Assembly: GCA_018985225.1 (NCBI GenBank)
Contig: JADGIF010000653.1
Coordinates: 1 to 5,493, forward strand
Source: Amoeboradix gromovi X-113
Taxonomy: Eukaryota > Fungi > Sanchytriomycota
Length of the DNA: 5,493 bases
Direction: 5' to 3'
Part shown: positions 1-5,493 of the stretch, piece by piece
Layout: each line of letters opens with the position of its first letter
Position numbering within the stretch: position 1 is the first letter of the stretch
Program-made: the position numbers and the translations under genes
The notes under the pieces: model-generated
Told to the model about the DNA's origin: nothing
The model's input: only the letters and a program-made list of their open reading frames with translations
Database searches by the model: none

Positions 1-177
1 CTTTTTCACTTTCACGCCAACGGTTTAGTATAAGTGTGATAGTATGATAAGACTTCTACTATATAGCTCTAATTTTGGTGTGTTTCGGGTGCTTAATAAA
101 GCAATACATTTTCCGCCCTTTTAAGTCTACATTCAAAGATTATGTCCAAAAATTTAAAATAAAAATGCATAAAATAA

Positions 178-183
178 TTTATT
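178..183 (-). terminator. Candidate polyadenylation signal AATAAA for the ArfGAP gene
   Basis: AATAAA on the minus strand about 10 nt after the spliced-model stop. The AT-rich background makes a chance occurrence possible. Confidence 0.4.
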
Positions 184-192
184 CATTCCATT

Positions 193-1762
193 CTATTTCT
201 TGTTTAGAGTAAAGCTTCCAAAAGGGTTTGCAGCATTATCGTCTGCAAATGGATTTGATTGTTTCTGATATCCGCCAGTCTGCATTGGCACCTGCGGTCT
301 TGGATCTGCAAATGGATTGCTGAATTGCTGCTGTGTGGGCTGAATTAATTTGAATTACTTGTACAATATAGCTGGAAGCCTGAGGCGAGGATTGCAAAAA
401 GGGATTACTGTGATTTGCTTGATGAAACTGCTGCTGGGGTGGTGATTGTTGAAATTGGCCGAATTGCTGCTGAACAGCAAACGGATTAGGTTCAGATGAT
501 GTTGGGCTGATTACTCGTTGTTGAGATTGAACAGGTTGCTGTTGAAATGGAGATTGCTGGAACTGCCCATATTGCTGTTGAGGTGGAGATTGTTGAAATT
601 GTTGCTGAGGTGGAGATTGTTGAAATTGTTGCTGAGGTGGAGATTGTTGAAATTGTTGCTGAGGTGGAGATTGTTGGAACTGACCAAATTGCTGTTGAGG
701 ATATGTCTGCGCTGGGGATGAATCAAATAGCCCTAAAATATCATTTGTATTCATTTTCTTCGAAGTGTTTGCGGACACATTGGAAGGTGGTGCCTGGCTT
801 TTTGAAGTTCCCTGAAAATCGCCAAAGTCGGACTGATCTTGAGTATCAAATAATCCTAGCAAATCTTGTTTAGGTGGCTTTTGCTGTTGTTGCTGCGCAG
901 GTTGCCTAGAAGTATTAACTTTACCTTCTGCCAAGATTTCTACAGCCATTTCTAAACTTCCATTAGCCTGGTTTATCGCTGCCATGTTAAGCTTATCGTC
1001 CGTAAAGCCCATGTTATGGAGTTGCTTTAATAAAGGGGAGGTCCCTTGGTGAAGCACTTGGCCAGTAGCAGAAAGCTCTTTTGATAACACTCGAGGTGCG
1101 TCTTTAAAGTATTCATGAGAAGCGTTTATGCTTGTAGCAGCTGGTTGCGTCTGGTTTGATATCGAGGGTTTTCTATGCTGGACAATGTATTCTACAGCAG
1201 ATGGAACACTTCCACGAGAGTTTTGTAGTGCCTCTCTTACTAAAGCTTCTTCAAAGCCCATGCTTGTCAGCTGTTTTAGCTCATTGTTGTATGGATACGT
1301 GGCACTATATAATCCAGATCCTTGCTGTGCTGATTGTTGTTTGAAATTCATATTTTGTTGTTGCTGGCGCTGCTGAGATGGACCCGTCATAAACTTTTTG
1401 AACTCGTATTTATCACGAATAAACTGTTCTAACTTGCGATCCGCTTCTGTACCAGACGCCATAGCTGCAAGGTCTAGTTGTATGTTTGAAGGATTGTAAA
1501 GTTGATTCACCTTTAAATTTCCACCATTGGCCATAGATTGAAGCTGTTCATCAGTCCATTTATCCAAAGTAACCGATTTTACCTTGGTGATATGGACTCC
1601 TAATTTTCTATGTATCCCAGAACATCTAATACAAATAAAAGATCCTAAGTTCCAACTTGCCCATCTAGGCGACTTACTGCCACAGTCTGCACATAAGTTA
1701 TTAGATGGTTCTGACAATAGTTTCGCGAAAAATTGTTTTTGTTTCTGCTCATAGTCTGCCAT
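193..1762 (-). CDS. ArfGAP with two UBA domains and Q-rich/NPF-rich C-terminus (Gts1/Ucp3/SMAP-like endocytic adaptor); spliced model join(359..1762,193..339), about 516 aa
   Basis: ArfGAP zinc finger CADC-x16-CIRC-x4-R followed by HITKVKSVTLDKW and EQFIRDKY. Two UBA-type motifs (LKQLTSMGFEEALVREAL..AVEYI; LKQLHNMGFTDDKLN..AVEIL). The ORF-track start at 1777 is TTG; the first ATG is at 1762. Removing the GT-AG intron 340-358 gives PTQQQFSNPFADPRPQVPMQTGGYQKQSNPFADDNAANPFGSFTLNKK*, with TAG at 193-195. Confidence 0.9.
340..358 (-). other. 19-nt spliceosomal micro-intron GTAATTCAAATTAATTCAG (alternative donor at 364 gives 25 nt, same resulting frame)
   Basis: GTAA donor, TTAAT branch-like motif, CAG acceptor, very AT-rich. 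Removal shifts into a frame encoding three more NPF motifs and QQQF, matching the upstream composition. Confidence 0.8.
579..676. repeat. 27-bp coding tandem repeat (about 3.6 perfect copies) encoding QQSPPQQQF
   Basis: Unit tgaggtggagattgttgaaattgttgc starts at 579, 606, 633 and 660 (last one partial). Degenerate copies near 425-470 and 535-575. Confidence 0.95.
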
Positions 1763-1833
1763 CTGGACTTGTTTCAAAATTTCGTGTTTTTAAAATGCCA
1801 ATGAGTGGAGCACAACTTCATGTAAATAAATCA

Positions 1834-2820
1834 TTAATTTACTAACTTTTCCACAAGATTGCCATATATGTCAAAGAGAGGAAGATCATTAAACGGCCTT
1901 AGAGACAATGTGTACACATCGCGGAACAACTCAACACGCATTCTTTTTATTGTGAACTTACTAGGTGTTCTATAGTGTGTGCCGGGCTCCACGTGATTTG
2001 TTGAAAAGCTGAAAGGTGGGTACAGCATGTATTTGTCATATTCATACATATACGATACAAAATATTTTTTCCAGCTTTGAGTCCATTTATTAGTTCTACT
2101 CATGGGAACATAAGGAACGTAATCATCATAGAGCATTGAAGAGATATGCTGATGGAACTCTTTCCAACCTGTTGCAAAGAACAAGCAGCCCCAGCTAGAA
2201 GGAAATTGATACAAATACGCTTCTGATGGCATATTGATGTTTAGTCCAGTGACTTCACTGAAAGTTGGGTTGTATAAGCTGACACCAACTAGGGAACTAT
2301 GTCTGGTACCATAATTATTTGTCGCATACAGCACCCAATGGAAAAAGGTCTCAGACACTTCAATATCATCCTCTAAAAATATTGCATGGTCCTGATCATT
2401 TGCCGGATACCATGATTCTGAGACCGCGTTCATTAGGCCACCTTTTGTTATTCTTTTTTGTACAGTCTTATGGCCATTGATCCATTCGAATTTATTTACA
2501 ATTTCTTCTGTTACTCTATCGGAATCACTATCTAGCGAAAATCTAATGTGCACGGTATGATTATAGTAGTTTGCTCTTTTCAGGCTAGTCAGAAGCCTCT
2601 CAAGAGATGCGGGCCTATCATTAGTTATTATGTTCAAAGTGAACTGAAGGTTATCTCCCGTTTGTTGGTTGGAATCATAGGATTCTATATTTACACTGGT
2701 ATGATTAGTTAGGGTACGACTATGGAACCTATAAAAGAATGAATTATTTTCCGTTTTATGCATCCATCTAAACACTAGTTGAATAGAAATTACACCTAAA
2801 AAGATCATTCTAAATACCAT
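1834..2820 (-). CDS. GT-A fold glycosyltransferase, similar to the C-terminal domain of plant/fungal 'glycosyltransferase family protein 2' proteins; N-terminal signal anchor
   Basis: Motifs recognised from memory of this family: LNIITNDRPASLERLLTSLKRANY, GGLMNAVSESWYP, FLEDDIEVS (DxD-like), YLYQFPSSWG, SRTNKWTQSWKKY, SFSTNHVEPGTH. Hydrophobic N-terminus (MIFLGVISIQLVF) fits a type II membrane protein. The 5' end may extend to 2882 via a 29-nt intron. Confidence 0.85.
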   Translation of the reverse strand: MVFRMIFLGVISIQLVFRWMHKTENNSFFYRFHSRTLTNHTSVNIESYDSNQQTGDNLQFTLNIITNDRPASLERLLTSLKRANYYNHTVHIRFSLDSDSDRVTEEIVNKFEWINGHKTVQKRITKGGLMNAVSESWYPANDQDHAIFLEDDIEVSETFFHWVLYATNNYGTRHSSLVGVSLYNPTFSEVTGLNINMPSEAYLYQFPSSWGCLFFATGWKEFHQHISSMLYDDYVPYVPMSRTNKWTQSWKKYFVSYMYEYDKYMLYPPFSFSTNHVEPGTHYRTPSKFTIKRMRVELFRDVYTLSLRPFNDLPLFDIYGNLVEKLVN

Positions 2821-2908
2821 AATAATGGCGTGTTTAGGATTCTAAAGACGTCCAAACCAAAAACAAATACGGTAAAGATCATAAATATGTTTATTGGCAA
2901 GTAATAAA

Positions 2909-3535
2909 TTAGTCGAAGAAGCTGCTCGAGTGTTCACTTTTGATTTCGTCAATATGATCTCGCATTTTTTTAATTTTGTCTGAGTTGTGAACTATTAACT
3001 TAGATAAAAGGTTATGCGCGAGCTTAATAAAATTCAAATCTTTATCATTATTTGTATACTTCTTACAGTTTTCCAACAAAGTATCTAAGTACATCTTCAT
3101 ATATCTGTCATCATCGAGTACAAGGTCAGTCTGATTCAGATATTCTTCAATTTCAAGAACACGCTCAACCACCTCGGGTAGCTTCAGTTTAGCATCAGGT
3201 TTTTTACAAGATATCATGTAACCGGTAATCAATTTGTCATGCTTGTCAGATAACTCATCAAAACTAGTAATTTGGTATTCTTCATTAACTTCTACTCTTT
3301 GGGTTAAATTTTTTGCGCTATCGCTTTTTTCTAACGTCTTAATTGGCTTGCATCTTGAACAAAAGTATTCTGAAGGCAAAAAATTTGAGTCCAGTCCAAC
3401 GCAGCTACAGTGAATCCAGCTACTACAAAGTTCACATTGAATCATAGTTTCACCGTTTAATTCTACCTGCTGATCACATATGCATGCGATATTTTGGATT
3501 TGAACATTTGACTCGACTTGCATCATCGACTCCAT
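2909..3535 (-). CDS. PHD-finger protein with probable divergent TFIIS central (TFIIS_M) domain; Bye1/PHF3/DIDO-like, with no room for a SPOC domain
   Basis: C4HC3 PHD: CIC...MIQCELCSSWIHCSCVG...YFCSRC. The C-terminal helical region (EIEEYL..RYMKMYLDTLLENCK..LAHNLLSKLI..KM..EIKSE) follows TFIIS_M spacing by eye only. The PHD call is firm; the TFIIS_M call is tentative. Confidence 0.8.
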   Translation of the reverse strand: MESMMQVESNVQIQNIACICDQQVELNGETMIQCELCSSWIHCSCVGLDSNFLPSEYFCSRCKPIKTLEKSDSAKNLTQRVEVNEEYQITSFDELSDKHDKLITGYMISCKKPDAKLKLPEVVERVLEIEEYLNQTDLVLDDDRYMKMYLDTLLENCKKYTNNDKDLNFIKLAHNLLSKLIVHNSDKIKKMRDHIDEIKSEHSSSFFD

Positions 3536-4070
3536 GTTTTAGCACTATATCGAATATCTTCACAAACTAGTAATGAGGTGTATAAAATTGATTGTATTAT
3601 AAACTTGTTCTGGAGAATTAAATTAGTAGAATTTTACATTTTTAAGTCCAAAATTTGTTATGTTTATATAACTTCCTGATAGTCCGCAACATAGAAAGGT
3701 GACAAATATTAAAGCTGGACCATGCATTTTAAAATTAATTTTTACGAGAACAAAAAAATAAAAGTTTTTATGCCAAATATTCAGAGGCACACGGCTCCAA
3801 AATTGTGTAGAAAATTTATAATTGAGATTCATGAGGCAAAGAATATGATTTGCTAGCAGTATTTGTTTAAAATTGTATCTATTTTCTACTGCATGAAATG
3901 AAAAAAAGTAGTCTAACACAAGTCTCATGAACCGCTTAAGCAGCCAATACGCCCATGCATTCCAAGAAGTATTTAAAGACAGTGAACGGAATCTCCAGGG
4001 GCATCGAATGTCTGTTAAAAAATGGTGAAAGATTTGACAGGTAGAGAAGAAATGTAACTCAGCTATCTCG

Positions 4071-4148
4071 CCTAACCTCTAGGTAATAAAATATGGGATA
4101 CCTCCGTAAAAGTTAGCAAATTACTCTTTGCAGTGGTGCTCCAACGTG
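4071..4148 (+). repeat. Left copy of a perfect inverted repeat (at least 78 bp)
   Basis: cctaacctctaggtaataaaatatgggatacctccgtaaaagttagcaaattactctttgcagtggtgctccaacgtg is the exact reverse complement of 5416-5493. Confidence 0.97.
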
Positions 4149-4399
4149 TAAATCTGCATATCCTTTAAATTTTTCAGATTTAATTTGGTTGTGACATCAA
4201 CAAGCTTTTTTATTTTTCATTTACTGCAGAAATTCTTTTGTTGTAATAGTAAATTTGTGAAAAATCACATGAACTGCAAGCTAGGTGACTCTTCAAAATA
4301 TTGTTCAATCACTTACAGCTTATTCGATTATTTATAGGTTAAGTTTAGTTTCTCATCTTTGGATTTAGGAGGCTCAAAGTGTGATAAGTTTATAATAAA

Positions 4400-5314
4400 T
4401 TAATTTGGATTTACTAATTCAGCAACATCACTTGGTTTTTGTTGCTGTAATTTGAAATTTTCTTTCATAAACTCAAAGGACTCTTTGGCTGTTATTCTTA
4501 AATCTGGATCCAACTGCAGCAGATTCAAAACTAAATTAAGTGCAGAGTCTGTAAGGTATGAGAAGTTGCACCATCCTCTCTTTTGAATAACATACTCTTT
4601 ATAGTTTGCATCGTCTGCATCCGCACGTCTCCATAAAACTTTCCTACCCATCATGACACAGTAAACTATACCACACATCCACATATCCACTGGGCACGCC
4701 CTGTATTCTTTGTTAACCCATTGCTCTGGTGCCATGTATGGTTCACTACCATGAAATCCTGCAGCTAAATGCTCTTCCGGTTCGAAACACGATTTGAAAA
4801 CTACTGCTTCACCAAAGTCACATATCTTTATCCTCTTGTCAGCAGTAAGTAAAATGTTCTCTGGTTTAAGGTCTCTATGAGCAACGCCAACACTGTGCAA
4901 ATATGCAACGCCATCTAATAACTGATAGAATAGTTCATTTGTTCTAGTAGAGGTCAAGCCGTCTTGGATATAAGTAAACAAATCACCACCATCACAGTAC
5001 TCTAGCACCATCCACCATCCATTATCAAAAATCAAGTCTATTACTTTTACTATATGTTCATGATTTAGCGAGGAAGAAATGCAGAATTCAGCAGTCAATG
5101 CCTTTATTGCATCTTTGTTGTCAGCATTTTTAAATTGCTTGAGCGCATACTTGCAAGTTGCACCATCAGCTAAATGTACTACTGCAGACGCACCACTTCC
5201 AAGAGATTTGTGAATTGAGAGGTTCTTACAGGTAGCGTTTTTATGGAAAAGCTTACCCAGTAGGTTCTTGAAGCTGGGCTTGCGCGATATTTGGCGAGCG
5301 TCAGCGGAACTCAT
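4400..5314 (-). CDS. Ser/Thr protein kinase, fungal HAL/Npr1 family (Sat4/Hal4/Hrk1-like)
   Basis: GSGASAVV P-loop, YALK, HRDLKPEN, DFG and GSEPYMAPE. Family-typical LTAEFCISSSL, DFGEAVVF and LWRRA segments. All catalytic motifs are intact. Confidence 0.93.
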   Translation of the reverse strand: MSSADARQISRKPSFKNLLGKLFHKNATCKNLSIHKSLGSGASAVVHLADGATCKYALKQFKNADNKDAIKALTAEFCISSSLNHEHIVKVIDLIFDNGWWMVLEYCDGGDLFTYIQDGLTSTRTNELFYQLLDGVAYLHSVGVAHRDLKPENILLTADKRIKICDFGEAVVFKSCFEPEEHLAAGFHGSEPYMAPEQWVNKEYRACPVDMWMCGIVYCVMMGRKVLWRRADADDANYKEYVIQKRGWCNFSYLTDSALNLVLNLLQLDPDLRITAKESFEFMKENFKLQQQKPSDVAELVNPN

Positions 5315-5361
5315 ACTTTGGATTTTGAATGGAGACGTAAGAAAAACGATTAATTACCACT

Positions 5362-5373
5362 GTGATTGGCTGG
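5362..5373 (-). promoter_or_regulatory. CCAAT box (NF-Y/Hap complex site) upstream of the kinase
   Basis: CCAGCCAATCAC on the minus strand about 50 nt upstream of the ATG; close to the NF-Y consensus RRCCAATSR. Confidence 0.55.
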
Positions 5374-5415
5374 AAAATATTAAATGGTCTGTCGATTCAC
5401 AGCCAAGTAGTAATT

Positions 5416-5493
5416 CACGTTGGAGCACCACTGCAAAGAGTAATTTGCTAACTTTTACGGAGGTATCCCATATTTTATTACCTAGAGGTTAGG
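5416..5493 (-). repeat. Right copy of the perfect inverted repeat, truncated by the window end
   Basis: 78/78 identical to the reverse complement of 4071-4148. Identity stops sharply at the inner boundary (CCAACGTG|TA versus CCAACGTG|AA). Confidence 0.97.

Noticed and set aside
1-180. Possible end or start of a neighbouring gene
   Set aside because: Only very short open frames on either strand. AATAAA on + at 95-100 and 158-163 hints at a convergent gene end, but it cannot be supported.
236-339. ORF-track C-terminus of the ArfGAP (…SAHTAAIQQSICRSK…ICRR)
   Set aside because: Out-of-frame read-through of a probable intron; the alternative frame has three NPF motifs.
579-676. Possible CRISPR-like array
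   Set aside because: Units are head-to-tail with no spacers, in frame within a eukaryotic CDS.
511-873. ORFs 511-726 (-), 518-721 (+) and 547-873 (+) with repeated peptides
   Set aside because: Shadow frames of the 27-bp coding repeat inside the ArfGAP gene.
1128-1376. ORFs 1128-1376 (+) and 1156-1344 (+)
   Set aside because: Antisense to the ArfGAP UBA region, with no recognisable motifs.
193-1762. Non-standard code (TAA/TAG = Gln, as in some aphelids and ciliates)
   Set aside because: The very Gln-rich ArfGAP has no in-frame TAA/TAG, and the genes end in TAA or TAG.
3623-3928. 101-aa minus-strand ORF as a whole
   Set aside because: The N-terminal two-thirds is F/L/I/N/K-rich, as expected from AT-rich non-coding DNA. 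Only the part from Met at 3727 is kept as a candidate.
4071-4168. Peptide GNKIWDTSVKVSKLLF in the repeat resembles the G..W motif of METTL21-type methyltransferases
   Set aside because: No SAM-binding GxG motif follows in either copy, and no coherent exon chain could be built.
5268-5492. 74-aa plus-strand ORF
   Set aside because: Non-ATG start; overlaps the kinase 5' end, its promoter and the repeat; no motifs.
5486-5493. Terminal AGGTTAGG as a TTAGG telomere or telomerase template
   Set aside because: Only 8 nt, and the identical sequence is internal in the left copy with no tandem array.

Overview
Compact, AT-rich eukaryotic DNA, most likely from an early-diverging fungus (inferred from a fungal HAL/Npr1-family kinase, a Gts1/Ucp3-like ArfGAP and very short intergenic spacers). 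It uses the standard genetic code. Four protein genes lie in tandem on the minus strand: an ArfGAP-2xUBA-Q/NPF-rich endocytic adaptor, a GT-A glycosyltransferase like the plant 'glycosyltransferase family protein 2' C-terminal domain, a PHD-finger protein with a probable divergent TFIIS-central domain (Bye1-like), and a minimal HAL-family Ser/Thr kinase. Two signals are missed by the ORF track. First, the ArfGAP gene needs a 19-nt (or 25-nt) GT-AG micro-intron at 340-358 to reach its real NPF-rich C-terminus. Second, the kinase lies between two 78-bp, 100% identical inverted repeats (4071-4148 and 5416-5493; the second is cut by the window end), whose sequence folds better on one strand via G-U pairs, suggesting a multicopy structured RNA, a mobile-element end or an invertible cassette.
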